This document shows positions 23,066 to 35,652 of a stretch of DNA of 64,000 nt, piece by piece; position 1 is the stretch's first letter, and every line of letters starts with the position of its first letter. The notes under the pieces are model-generated. The model did no database searches. It was not told the DNA's origin and saw nothing but the letters and a program-made list of their open reading frames with translations. The translations under genes were made by a program, and so were the position numbers. The DNA comes from Diadema antillarum (lineage: Eukaryota): assembly GCF_040938485.1 (NCBI RefSeq), contig NW_027271973.1:124001-188000 (forward strand). The letters run 5' to 3'.

Positions 23066-24744
23066 AAAGGCGTGGCCTATGTAGTCTTTTATCATTATCA
23101 CTTTTTTGGGGGGATATCTCAGCCATTTGAAAACCAATTTTCATCAAATAAACGTCGAATCCTTCTTAAGATTACATGCTCTTTCATATTTCATAAGAGG
23201 TTTCTCATTATCTCACTTAGAAATGTAAAAAACATGAATTCCCACCTCAACCAGTACTGCACAGCCAGCCCCTTTAAAGTGAATAATATAGTTCCTGTTT
23301 TCATATTTTCTCGTGAACAATGTCCATGTAACAGTCGCTTCACAATAATTTCCGCCATACGCATACGGCCTTGTGTACAATTTATTCACAAAGTTTGATT
23401 TTTTTAAATGTTTACGTGAATATTGATTTCTTTTTTAAAATACACTGGGAAATAGAATATAACTCAGGTAAATCTATAGGGGATAGACAGATATGATATG
23501 GTCTATATTTGCCTTGGACCGATTATGCTATCATGGTGTAGATTAACAGTGGACATAGGCCTTAAGAGGCAAGTTGAAGAATCCATTGAGATTGATGAAT
23601 ATGCCTATAACTGACTGGAGTAATGGAGCGGTGTATCTCCCGATATAAACGGATAAGAAAGTTACAGATGAATAATCTTACTTGAATATCAATCTTTGTG
23701 CGATAGAGGAATGAAAAGTCTATAGTGACAGACAGACATGTTCCGTTAGAAAAGAGAGCTCAGTCTTTTTACATTGGCGATTTTGTTTAATATTCTTCCT
23801 GTGGATATTGGTGCTTTCAAGGTAGAACTGAATCAAATTATCCCATAATATCTCAGTGTACAAAAAGTTACTTTACTTTTGTAAAAAGAGATCACGATGC
23901 AATATTACATGTTGAAACTAAAATTGTTTTGCTCTCTTAGACCTCATTAGAGCGTGTGGTTTTGTGGTGGGGGGGGGGGTCTGGCAGTCTGTGGGGAATG
24001 TTAACGAAGATGCTCTAAGAAACTATACTTTTTAAGTGTCTTATTACAGCCAATAATATCTTCATTGCATTATATTCTCAGTGATGGTAATAAATATGAT
24101 GCTGTCAGTGATGTGTAATTCGATATAAATAGATTCATGCAGTGATATATGGATATTTTATATGCATGTGTTTCCTTTTTTATTTTTGAAGGTTTTATCT
24201 GTTTTGGTAGGGTTTCAGGGCAATAATATTTCTGTTGTCATACACGGGACCAAGCATTCATATTCTCTGGTGCCGGAAATTCAACAGACTTTGACATTTT
24301 TTTATTCATACAAAACCTATACATTGTTTCTTGTTGTTTCGTTTTCGTTTTGTCCTTATGTGCACGCGCTTTACTTCGGACAGAAAAAAAAAATGATTTT
24401 ACTATAACCATGGAGCTACTAACAGTAGCTCCATGCTATAACACAGAGGTTTCCATAGCTGTTGGAGCTATAAAGGGTGTCAGTGTATACTATCACAATC
24501 ATACTTGTCTACGAGTGTTATATACATCATGCAACAATATATAGCTTGTGGTATATCTAGGAAAACTATCAACGTGTGTGGTTGTTTTCTTACATGATTT
24601 ATTGTAATCATTTCGGCCGCGGAAACAATAATCGTAAATGCATGGTCCAATTCAGTGAAATGAAGAGTGTGCACGTTGAAACACTTGATTCAGTTATATA
24701 GGGTATGACATCAAGTTAACAATAATTGTGACGTAATGATACCA

Positions 24745-24939
24745 CAGTTACAGTTCGCTATTCCGAATTAGGTTCGTTATTCCGAAGGTTAACATCTGGA
24801 GTTTCGTCGATCCGAATGGTATTTTTAAAAAGAAAGAAAAGAAAAGAAAAAACTTCATTATTACTTAGGTTTGTTTTATAGGACGTTCTTTTATTTCATT
24901 TTGGATTAACGAACCTTCGGTATATAACAAACATCACCC
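24745..24939. mobile_element. Fragment of a MITE with TTCGTTATTCCGAAGG internal repeats
   Basis: Same repeat units as 44794-45078, arranged as inverted arms. Confidence 0.5.
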
Positions 24940-26459
24940 GTACAATATAGACAATTGTTACTTTATATAGCACTCATTATTTTAGGGGGAAACACGCTTT
25001 TACCTTGATGACATCATGGCACCACTGAAATCTTCTCGACCAACAATGATCCTTCAATCAGTATATTGTTGTTTCACATTCTATCGAAGGGTATGATAAA
25101 GATTATGTCAAACATGATCTTTCCGCATAATATTGATTTTGTGTGTAGTTATTACTGGCTGTTTTTTAGTAACCTCGTGCGGTTTGTGTCCTCTGCGTTG
25201 TGACTGAAAGGCAGAATGAAAACTTAAATGAGATCTGCCTTTGAATTTAAACAGCAGTAACATTTAAAGGACTGCAATTTCTATGGGTTTTGCCGATCAT
25301 AAATCTGAACTGTAATAACTAGCCGTATATTTGCAAATTGTTCAGTCGCAAGCATGCAATGTGTTAGCCTTTAAGAGTGGGGTGACATCAGATGACTGGA
25401 TTACACAAAACTGTCGTTGGAAAAAAAAGATTGTAATTATTATACAGGGAACATGCGATGTACTGAGGTACATGTGTGTCTGGAGAACTTCCCATGGAGA
25501 ACTATGAGATACAAGACTTATGTTATTAAAAAAGAGGCATCGACGCGCCATTGACGTCATCCAAAAAGATTTGGCAGTGCCCCACCTCCAACCCGCAACA
25601 CCACCCCATCCCACCTCCCAAAAGAAAAAATATCAACAGCCAAAATACGCTCATTACTCCATACAAGAGAGAAAGAGAGAATGCATGTCGTTCTACAGAA
25701 ACATATAAATACATAAACAAAATTAGTGCCCGCGTGGGTGTGGCACGTGCGTGTGTGTATATGGGGGGGGGGGGGGAAAGCCGGGGGGGGGGGGGTAGAA
25801 AACTTGAAAATGATCTCTAAAATACTTCTGAGGTCTAGAGATGTACTTGGCACTCAAAATTCTTGTATGAATAGTAATTAAAATGGTTAAAGAGGTTGAG
25901 GCGAAGTTGTAGGCCTATGTGTACATCCTATCACAAAACATTTCTTTTCCAATCCAGATACGTCATAATGATTTTCCCCAAATTTGGAATGCCTCAAGTT
26001 TTTGATATCTTTATCATGACGAACTATAAACAGGATGGATGAAACTATGTTTGTTTTTGTCAGGCCCACCTCAGTGCTCTTCGATGAACAATCTCATAAC
26101 TACAGTATTTTTTTTTAATGAATCTATAGTGATGTAAGAAACTGAGAGTTACAAAGAAAACGATCTAACAGTTCAATATCTTAAAACAAGGCATCGACAC
26201 ACACAAAAAAAGATCAATCAACAAATGCATTGAAACTAATATAGAAAGATTGTACTTGGCGGAGAAATCACTAGTCATGATGGGATATGGAAACTTTGAA
26301 AAAAAAAACAGACTACATGTACATGTACTACAATAGTAATACCAATGAGGTCCTGGGCGAGCACCTCCTTGGTACAGTAGTACAATGTGTATGTACTGCA
26401 TGTCGCAGCAAACATGAGACAACAATCAACGTAGAGGGCGTTAAGCTACTTTGACATCA

Positions 26460-26700
26460 GCGTGGATTTACACCCAAGAGGTTGCCCCTGCGAGAAATGC
26501 TCCGGTCTCTTTTTCTCCAAGGACTTAGGGTAAGGGTTATGATAGGGTTTTAGGTTTAGTCTGATGTGAGGATTAGGATTGGGGTTATGTTCGTGGGTAG
26601 AATTTACGTTTGGCTTAGCGTGCAGATACTGTATTTCATGAGAGCTATTGTCGCAGGAGCACGTTGTCATGGAACCGTGGACATTGTACATGTACAAAGT
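26460..26700. repeat. Interspersed repeat with a degenerate TTAGGG-like core
   Basis: TTAGGG-TAAGGG-TTATGA-TAGGG-TTTTAGG-TTTAGT run at about 26525-26590, flanked by TGCGAGAAATGCTCC and TCGCAGGAGCACG segments. Family not determined. Confidence 0.35.
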
Positions 26701-27367
26701 TCTGGGTGTCTGTATCATTTGGAGAACATGCAAGACTTGCAAATTAATTGTACTATCTACTGGATGGAGACTGCTTCTTGTTGTTTTAATCATTTTGTAA
26801 TCCAAAGAATGCCTGGCAGGAATTAAAATTTTCACCTAAGTTTTCTTTGTATTGTCAAAATCACACAAGTCAAAAAATCGCCTAGGTCAATGAAAAATTA
26901 TAGTCTAATGGTATTTCTCAAGGTGATTTCTCAGCTACATCAAACATTAGTCACATTTTTTTTTTTTCACTGTGCTTTTTATTTTTCTTGTCAATATCTT
27001 CACATATTCTTAAGAGTGCAATCAAGTCAAGAGTAATTTTTATAAGACAGCAATACAAAACATTTGCACTGAAAGAAATCTTGTATGACTTCTCCGAGGA
27101 ATGATTTATGAATGACTGCTGTCAACAAAATGTTTCTCAAGATTCAGGAGAAACAACTCACAGCAAAAAGTCCCATAAAGTTTGCATTTCACTCTGATGA
27201 TTCCAGTGTCCAAACATCTGACCCTTGCGATAGATTTTTCTTCAGTCCATGTCATCAAGAAGCTGGTTGAGTTGGGCCTTCAAGAGTCTCATTCCTGCTG
27301 CTGCAGAAAATATCTAGTGCTTTTAGAAGTGGGATGTTTTCTCCCGATGTAAACAAAGCAGTGATCC

Positions 27368-27472
27368 CTATTCCCAGCCATCATCGGCAAACACATCTCG
27401 TTGCCTGGCGCTGTATCTCCTCTTGAAGTCGTCATCGAAGAGCTCAAGGTCATGTTCGTCTCTGATCACACC
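27368..27472 (-). CDS. MNS1: MNS1 terminal coding exon
   Basis: Acceptor CTCGTAG; GVIRDEHDLELFDDDFKRRYSARQRDVFADDGWE then TAG. Resembles the MNS1 C-terminus GVFKKEDDIDLLGEEFRK. AATAAA on the minus strand at 26978-26983. Confidence 0.88.
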   Translation of the reverse strand, partial: GVIRDEHDLELFDDDFKRRYSARQRDVFADDGWE

Positions 27473-28545
27473 CTACGAGTGGGAGCAAAGAAATAGATGT
27501 AAGAGATGACAAGGATTAAATGGTATCTTATTCAAATAACAACAATGACAACGACAACAACAACAACAACCAAAACAACAACAACACCAAAGAAACAGGA
27601 CAAGCAATGCTTTACTAAGCAATCCTAAAGACTAGGTGGTGACCACAGTTTGGGCAAAATGTAACCTAAGCACATTCTGCAAAAGAAATTATGCTAATTT
27701 ATGGAGACACAGACAAAATACACAATCACAAACAAATAAACAAACCCAGAAGAATAGCTCTATGATAACTGCTGGGGATATGATACAATACACAAATTTA
27801 CCACAGCTTTTTGAGGGATTGATAAAGCAAAAGACAAAACAACCAAAATAGATGCAATACTTAACAGAGCAAGACTCCTTTCCTATGTACAGCTGTCAGT
27901 TATTTGTCTCACATTCAACAGAAATACACATGGTTCTCTCCAAACATGGAAACTACTCTGAAGCTGACAACAAACTTTTCCTCACTTTTTTGCACGTTAT
28001 GCAATTTGTCCCAATAATTGTCTCTTTCAGAAAGCTTCAATACCCATCTCACATCAACTTCTGTATACATCATGACACCTATGAACTTTCCATGCAACTA
28101 TTCATGAGAATAAGAGTTAGAGGCCACATACATTAAATCTCCTTACATTAAGCCCATTTAGGAACTGATGACAAGATAATATTGACAGCTTGTATATCAA
28201 ACAATAGCCTCTTCAAAATATTGGAGATCAGCATAGGACCAATAAAGTCCATGTTAAAGTAAATCTATAGTTTGATATTGTTCAATAGATAATGCAAAAA
28301 ATAAATACAGGTTTCTCAACCGAATTTTCATCTCTTCGTAATAACGCAAACCATTTAGCCCTGTGTCGTGACTGCCTCCTTCTTTAGTTGTAATGTGCAG
28401 GGACAACCCATTCCCTGCACATCCTCAAACAAAGAGCCACACTTTTTAGTGGCACTAAGAATAAGACATTCTCAAAGTCGACACTTCATGCATGCTTTTG
28501 ATATGATAAACACCAGTTCATAAACTCTATGGCACAAGGGGTTAA

Positions 28546-28973
28546 AGAGGCATTCCAGACGATTTCCAAAATTTCACATCATGGAGTACATACATGGACA
28601 GTTCTATGTATAGATATGTGGAATTTATTGTGGTCCTTGAGCAGAGAACAGTGTTGATGACATAGGAACCTCACATATTCAGAAATGCAGCAGTGTAATT
28701 CAATTACAATACCACTTGCTTAACAATTTCACCTGTGTAGAATCTGTGCATGCCTTCGTCTTTTGTTCTACTTCCTTGAGCCCCAATTCATGCATTCTTA
28801 TGGTGAGGTTGCCAAGTCATCGTCCTTGTTCATTGCAATTTGTTATAAATTTTGAAAACATTCTTTCTTATTCCTCATCCTAATCACTAAGAATTCTGAA
28901 ACTCTGTACTCAGTGTAACTAATTCATAGTTGTTCAAAATGTAAAAGTCTGAAAAATCATCTGGAGGTCTCCT
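28546..28973. mobile_element. Kolobok-like MITE in MNS1 last intron
   Basis: TTAA at 28542-28545 and 28974-28977. Imperfect TIRs AGAGGCATTCCAGACGATTT / AAATCATCTGGAGGTCTCCT. Confidence 0.55.
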
Positions 28974-29016
28974 TTAAGCGAACGGTGACCCCAAAGCCCA
29001 AAATGTTGCTGCTCAC

Positions 29017-29277
29017 CTTGGGTAGGTATCCCAGGAGCTTGGAGGCGTGTTCCTTCAGCAGCCTCTGCCTCTCCTCCTCGATGATCTGCATGCGGAGGCG
29101 CTCCAGGTTCTCCGCCTCCTCCCGCTCCGCCCTCTCACGCTCCTTGTCCGCTGCAAACTGGGCCCGGCGGGCCTGGAGGAGCTCCTCCACTTTGCGCTTG
29201 TGCTCCAGCTGCTTCATGCGACGGCGCTGGGCATTCATCTGCTCGATGCGGTCATCCTCTTCGAATTTGGCCAGCAT
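29017..29277 (-). CDS. MNS1: MNS1 coding exon
   Basis: 261 nt, phase 0/0, AG and GTGAGC. MLAKFEEDDRIEQMNAQRRRMKQLEHKR...LLKEHASKLLGYLPK is a hallmark MNS1 sequence. Confidence 0.95.
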
Positions 29278-29991
29278 CTGGTAGAAAAAAAGATACAGAG
29301 AGAGAGATTAGTGACAAGCCGTAAACACAGGCGGAGTGGCACACTGAAGACACAGCCCTTTGGGAACCTAGCCACTTCTAGAGGATTGGAAGTGAGTCCT
29401 GATTTCTTCCCATATGTCATCTCATTCTTCATGACCATATCTATCAAACAGAGGAAATATATTCCCATATCTTCCTATGACACATTGGCACATGGTACAT
29501 TGGTTAACCAACTCAGTATAAATCACCCACATGATTCAAAATTTATCATCCGTAGGGGGCTCAGATTACATCACTCACATGTCCATTGCTTGAATATCCC
29601 ATTTCAGTTTGATGCAACTCTGTACAAGTGCATACAGTCCCACAGATGAACATCTTACCACATTAAAACATGACTATGCATATTAGATAACTTCAAAATA
29701 CAATCCTCATAAACTGATTGATTAATTGCGGCCAATTTAGGCCATTTCTTCGGCAAAATGAAACACAAAAACATATAATAGTGCCGTTTACAATGAGAGC
29801 CAGGCAGCCTAGAAAGCATCTTCTGCTTGTATTAGGTTGCCTACTCAGGAAAAAACCATACTATATAATTCCGTGTGAAGTCAAGTAGAATCATAGTATC
29901 GACAAATTACATTAATCTTAAATGGGGGGGGGGGGGGGAAGGGGCTTATCAAAATAAGCCATGACGACTGACAGAAGATGGCCACACCCAC

Positions 29992-30222
29992 CTGTCTCTT
30001 GAACTCCTCCTCCTCTGCCAGTTCGGCCTGCCTCCTCATCTCCTTCAGCCTGAGCTGCTCCGAGTAGGTCTTCTGGAGCTCCAGGCGCTGGCGGATCTGG
30101 CGCTCGATCTCGGCCATCTCCCGCTGGCGCTGGGTCTCCTCCTGCTCCTCCAGGTAGAGCTCCTGCCTGACACGCTCCATCTCCTCCTCCATGGCACGCT
30201 TCCTGGCAATCTCCTCGCTCAG
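29992..30222 (-). CDS. MNS1: MNS1 coding exon
   Basis: 231 nt, phase 0/0, GTGCAG acceptor and GTGGGT donor. LSEEIARKRAMEEEMERVRQELYLEEQEE... coiled coil. Confidence 0.92.
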
Positions 30223-30941
30223 CTGCACAGTGAACAAGATTGCAATGACACTCAACATTACTGCTTACCATAACACAAGGCAGTATTGCATAAATCACAT
30301 CAATAACTGTATAAGCTGCTATTTTTTCACGAGGTTATATCCCGATGGAATCCCATTTTCTTTGCTCATTTTTCCACTAATACGAAGTAAAAGGTTATAA
30401 TTTTCATTAATTTTGCAAAAACACATAAAAATGCCGCTATTAGCTGGGGTAACCACAGGCTCAGTGTCAATCTGGGAAAACAACATCTCGCGAAAATGTC
30501 CAGAACTCCTCATTTTGTGAAAATATCTGTACGCAAAAATAAGAGGTTATACAGTATACTGTATGTTCACAAGCAGTATATTGTAAACAAGCAATTACAG
30601 CTGCAAGCTTTTCAAGCTGAAATGTTGGAGTGAACTGTACAACTACTTCTACAATAATACAGTATTTGCATTCACTTTGCTCAGATATAGATTACATAGA
30701 TTTAAATTACCAAAACTGAACATTACTTTTGCTTGACACAATTCTACGTATTTATAAGTAATTCTACCAATAAAGTTCAACTACACTGGTTAGTTTAGTC
30801 AGGAGTTGAACCATGTCAAAGGAAAGAAGAAACATGTAGAAATTTACGTCATACATTTCAAAGACTAAAACAAGCTGGGTAGTTGAAGTCAGGAGTAAAA
30901 CCCTGTCCGAAATAAAGAAGAAATGAGCAACTATCACTTAC

Positions 30942-31158
30942 ATTCTCCTGGACTTTGGCCTTGGCTTCCTCTTGCACTCGTCTGTTTTCCATGCGCTCCT
31001 CCTCCCGCTGCTGCTGCATGCTGGCAAACTGCAGAATTCTCATGTTCTCTTCCTCCATCTTCTGTCGCTCCAAGTCCTTCCACTTCTGGCGGGCTTGGGA
31101 GTCCTCCTTGATGTAGCGCTTGGTGGCCTGCTGCTTCTCCAGGTAAATCTCCCTCTCT
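30942..31158 (-). CDS. MNS1: MNS1 coding exon
   Basis: 217 nt, phase 2/0, GTAAGT donor. EREIYLEKQQATKRYIKE...MEEENMRILQFASMQQQREEERM. Confidence 0.92.
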
Positions 31159-31667
31159 CTGTCGTATGGGAACGAATGTACATCAATCTTCATTATGTAA
31201 CACAACATAAAAGGCAGGTAACTCTGGGATGATTAACTTTTGCTGTTAAAGGTAAGTCTTTGTTAAGTTTTCATCTAAATAGTAACGGAATCACAAATAC
31301 AATTACAATAGAAACTGCATTCAGGCATATCAAAGAGGGTTCGGATCTTGCATATGTAGTATAATTCCACTTGAAAAATAATAATAATTGCATGTACGGT
31401 ATGTGCATGACCCCTTTTCATAAAACTACACAATTCAAAATGAATATTATTGCTTTTAATGGAAGCTTTATATAAGTGAACACAGACATACATGTAACTC
31501 TGGAGGGTGTCATATCTATATCTTTCACAGATCAACAGCCAGAGTCACCATAATTTCACAAGCCCTACATAAAAATAAAAATGCAAATCAAATCACTATT
31601 CTATCTCCGAAAAAAAGACAAAAAAAACTGAATCATTCTGAGAGAAAAGATCTTTCATACTCCTCAC

Positions 31668-31897
31668 CTCTCATCTTCCTCGTGGATCTTGCGCACAATC
31701 TCGTCGATCATGAGCTTCTCCTTGAGGAACTCTTCGTAGTCCTCCAGCTTGCGCCTCTCCTGTTCTTCCAGCTGCTTCTCAAGCTCCTGTTGGTATCGCA
31801 CACTCTCCTGGTAGCGCTCCTTCAGCTTGCGCTGCTCCTCCATCTCGGCCCTGGCCGACTCGTCCTTCATGCGGCGTGCAATCTCTGCATCACGGGC
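31668..31897 (-). CDS. MNS1: MNS1 coding exon
   Basis: 230 nt, phase 0/2. ARDAEIARRM...FLKEKLMIDEIVRKIHEEDE matches the MNS1 motif LLKEKLMIDEIVRKIYEED. Confidence 0.95.
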
Positions 31898-32440
31898 CTG
31901 ATGAAGCAAGTACGATAAACCACAGGTAACCACTGGTAATCACATTAATCTCTGTCGTGGGACCTTCCGTAGTAGGGCACAAGAACCTTCTCCATAAATG
32001 TCCCGATTGATTAAAAGTTACAAAAATTACCTCATGAAGATTCTAACAATTCAAATCAAGAACTCCCTCTGCTATTTCTAAGTATACCTCTCTTTATACC
32101 TATTCATGAAGCATGTACTGAGGTGACAAAACAAAAAATCTAAGGCCTCATAATAACATAATTGTCATAGGAAGACAAATTTAAAGTCCAGTATAGTGAG
32201 GTATAACATTTTATCACTTTATAACAGTATGATATGCAAACTGCACATGGCATAAAGTGCATCAATAAAAAATGAAGGAATCAGATGCACTGTGGGTAAT
32301 AAAACGGAATCAGTATAATATACGACAAGCAACCTTTAAGACAGGCTGTATGAAAGTGAATAAAGACAAGAGCGGAAAGGAAGGAGGAAATGACCACATA
32401 ATGGTGAAAGAGGATTATGGAAAGTCAAAGCTCTGCTCAC

Positions 32441-32671
32441 CGTTTTCTCGTACTTGCTGGCCTCCTTCTCTGCAATCTGTGCCGCCCGCTCCCTGCTCAT
32501 GTAGGCCGCACGCAGTTGGGCCTCCAGCTCGCGCAGCTCCAAGCTGTTCTCGCGGATCTGCTGTCTGACTTTTTCGTCCCTCAGCGTGGCCAGCTTGAGC
32601 TGCTGCAGTTGATTGGCCATGCGCTCCTCCTGCTCCATCTGCTGCTCCTTCTGGATTCTCTCTTGCTGAGC
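32441..32671 (-). CDS. MNS1: MNS1 coding exon
   Basis: 231 nt, phase 0/0. LRDEKVRQQIRENSLELRELEAQLRAAYMSRERAAQIAEKEASKYE matches MNS1. Confidence 0.95.
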
Positions 32672-33377
32672 CTGGGTAATTCAACAGCAATTTAATATAG
32701 TAAAGCAACTTGAAGCAGGGTTTTGGTACTGTTTTCGTCATACTTAACAAGGCACTTCCTACGTACAAGACATGTATCACTTTCAACGATCACTGGTAAA
32801 AACAAACAAAAAGAAATGTATTTCTAAATGAATACACAAATATCCAACACAATCAATTTTTGAAATTGTTCATCTGTACATGATTGAATTTTGACATCTC
32901 TACACATATAATAGTAAAATACATTATATCTCCATCTCCGTGAGTCTTTTACTACAACTAATTGCCTTAAAGAAAACATTACTCTTTTTATCAGACTGCT
33001 TATATCCACATTGTTACTTTTAAAAGCAAACCAGTCCTTCTATGAAATTAAACAAATTTATTTGATGAAATTTATTCTAAACAAGCAAACTTGTAACCAC
33101 ACTTGAATGTATGTCCACTTGGCAAGTTCATATCTGCAGTGACTCAATTGCCCTCTGATTAATTTGATGTATTAACTATCATATACCCTTCTTCACTGCC
33201 AAGTGTCTGGCAAAGCATCACATACAGTGCAATTTATGGAAATTTAGCTGCAAAAAACTGTGAAGCTGTAACTCTGCCCAGTTTGCAGGAACTACCAGCA
33301 GTCTGTATCACTCCTGAGTTGTGTTCAGTGAGGCTGGTGAACTTTTGCTTATAATCATTTCAAGCCTGTCTCTGTAC

Positions 33378-33599
33378 CTTGGTGATGGACTCAGCCATGA
33401 CCCTCTCCTGCTCCTCTTGTTGGAGGCGGCGAATGAAGCGCTTGTTCTCCACCCGCTCCTCACTGGCCATGTTAGCCTCCAGAACCTTCTCCTTGGACAG
33501 CCGCTTGAGGTGGTCTTCCCGAACATCCTCCTTGTGCCGTGCCTGCACCATCATGCGCTCCTGGCTGGCATGCGTCAAGTTCTGTCTTCGTACAGTTGT
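33378..33599 (-). CDS. MNS1: MNS1 coding exon 2; start codon lies on an upstream exon
   Basis: 222 nt, phase 0/0, CCTGCAG acceptor and GTACAG donor. TTVRRQNLTHASQERMM...ENKRFIRRLQQEEQERVMAESITK. The seven mapped exons total 498 aa, close to the roughly 495 aa of vertebrate MNS1. Confidence 0.9.
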
Positions 33600-33699
33600 C
33601 TGCAGGACAAAGCAGAGTTAGATGGAGACACTAGTATAGTGCTAGTAGTTACCCGTATGTATCTGCTAGTTACTAGTAGTAGACCCTAGAATCTTTTAA

Positions 33700-33771
33700 C
33701 CTGTTCGATACTGAATTCTGAAACCCCCATAGACTTAGTACACAGGCCACCAGGTTCCCGTATCGAACGGG
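33700..33771. mobile_element. 72-bp piggyBac-like mini-MITE
   Basis: TTAA|CCTGTTCGATAC ... GTATCGAACGGG|TAAA: inverted termini with TTAA-like flanks. Confidence 0.55.
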
Positions 33772-33873
33772 TAAACAATAAGAAGCAAGAGTCGTATAGA
33801 GCTCTAACACTTAGTTAGATAGAATCTCTTAGAACATACTACATAGATTCTGGTAAACTGAGGAGGGACTTAC

Positions 33874-33891
33874 CTTTGTGATAGACTGCAT
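33874..33891 (-). CDS. MNS1: Candidate MNS1 first coding exon (MQSITK)
   Basis: ATG at 33891, in-frame stop upstream, strong GTAAGT donor at 33873, phase 0. An alternative is ACAACA-ATG-TCG at 34215-34220. Confidence 0.45.
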
Positions 33892-35077
33892 AGATATCTA
33901 GCCCTACCAAGATTTGAATAGAAAGAAGAGTTTGCATGAGTGTAGTAGGTGGGGCTTTCAATCAATTTCTTTTCCTTTACCTTTACCGAAGATACTGGAA
34001 GATTGTTGTGTAGCAACAGTCAAGCTTCCAGGTCTATCCTCATCTATCATCAGCCCACTTATTGATGGGTGGTTTCTTGTCCAGTTCAAAAGAAGGCTTT
34101 TGATATTATCAATGACGAGTGCTCCTGCCAGAAGTTCTGGCACCGACTGGCAAGAGGCTTTAGCTTAACTTGACATTTCTGTCTTATAAGTTGTGACTTT
34201 GAAGTTCAAATAACCGACATTGTTGTGGGCGATGTTGATATCTAGACCTCGGTCTAGATCTAACGTCAATTACTATTAAGTCGCCACTACCTTAAAGTAG
34301 CCAGACATTCACATCGCAAGTAACCCGCGCCGCGATCGGAGATTAGCTTGGGCGACGGATTTTTATCACTCTCAAAATGCATTCGTAAATCACCTTTTTC
34401 CTCTGTAAAAACAAAAAAATGTAATTCATTTTATGTATTTTACCATATATCTAACAGGTGACAAAACCATTTTTAATGGGGGGATGTTTTTGATTTAGAA
34501 TGGATTTCAGGTGGCAGATTAATAGTTTTACAAACGCGATGGTGCACAATGCATCCTACATTGAAATGTGTGTATTAACACACACGCTAATGATATGTGG
34601 TGCACTATTGGCAGCGAACTAATTCAGTGCCTATCGTTAGTTCGCCAACCCGGAAGTGCATAGGAAATACACACAAGTGGCGACTATACTGTAATTGACG
34701 TTAGATTCTATTCAACCAAGTAATAATCATCCTTATCTTCTTCAGTTTTCTTTGACCGAAAAATCGGTCTGTATCTGTCCGTCGGGGAATGTTCCGCGGA
34801 GACTGCGTCTGGCTTCGCGGATCCCCTCCGTCTACGGAGGACAGCGTCCTCCGGACAGACGGATCTTTCTTTCTGTCTAACGTTACAGTTTATGATGGGA
34901 TAGGGTTCTACTTGAAAATACTCTCCAGTACACAGAACATCTAACATTCTACTACTAGACTAGACAGTCTAGATATAGTCATTCTACCATGCCAACATCA
35001 AATTGATATGCACTTGACTGAGCTGAGTGGGGCGTCATAAATAAACATTTCACTGCAAAATTACAATTTAACGTTAA

Positions 35078-35652
35078 AGGACAAGTTCACCTTCATAAAC
35101 ATAAGGATTGAGAAAATGCAACAATATTAGTAGAACACATCAGTGAAAGTTTGAGGAAAATTGGACAATCGATGCAAAAGTTATGAATTTTTAAAATTTT
35201 TGTGTTGGAACCGCTGGATGAGGAGACTACTACAGCTTGTGAGTCATATGCGTACAACAGTATAAAGAAAATGTAAAAGAAAATTCAACATATTTTCACT
35301 TTTTTCGCATAATAAAAGAGCACTTGACTTGCCTCTTTCTAAAGGCAGGGGGAATAATATTACCCATAACATTTGTCGGTAACACGTCAGGGGAATGTGT
35401 ACTTTTTTCAAAAGATGGAATTTTGTGAAATTCTCTTTATAATTTCCTTATATTGTTGTACCAGTACGCATGTGACATCTAAGTTATTCATACACTGCAG
35501 TAGTCTTCTCATCCAGCGGGTACTGCACAAAAACTTCAAAAATTCATAACTTTTGAACAGATTGTCTGATTTTCCTCAAACTTTCAATGATGTGTTCTAC
35601 TAATATTGCTACATTCTCTCAATCCTTATCTTTATGAAGGTGAACTTGTCCT
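35078..35652. mobile_element. Kolobok-like MITE, family B
   Basis: TTAA TSD (35074-35077, 35653-35656). Near-perfect TIRs AGGACAAGTTCACCTTCATAAA. A close inverted copy lies at 58324-58893. Confidence 0.85.

Larger units (their letters stand above)
14337..23273 (+). mobile_element. Kolobok-like MITE (family A) split into 14337-14527 and 23071-23273 by the BEL insertion
   Basis: Left half AGGGTGTGTACAGTTCTGG...GAAATGGCTGAGATATCCAAAAAC. Right half GATATCTCAGCCATTTGAAAACC...CCCCT followed by TTAA (23274-23277). Rejoined, the halves match 440-820. Confidence 0.75.

Noticed and set aside
23540-23660. Possible Penelope GIY-YIG remnant (KRQVEESIEIDEYAYN*LE*WSG)
   Set aside because: Short, contains stops, and no RT or YIG motif was found nearby; too weak without an HMM search.
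26525-26590. Interstitial telomere
   Set aside because: The TTAGGG units are few and degenerate and lie inside an interspersed repeat.
28985-33689. Plus-strand Leu/Ser-rich ORFs overlapping MNS1 exons
   Set aside because: Antisense shadows of GC3-rich coiled-coil coding exons.
34300-34360. X-box for MNS1 (GTCGCCCAAGCTAA on the minus strand)
   Set aside because: Only a half-site matches; not distinguishable from chance.
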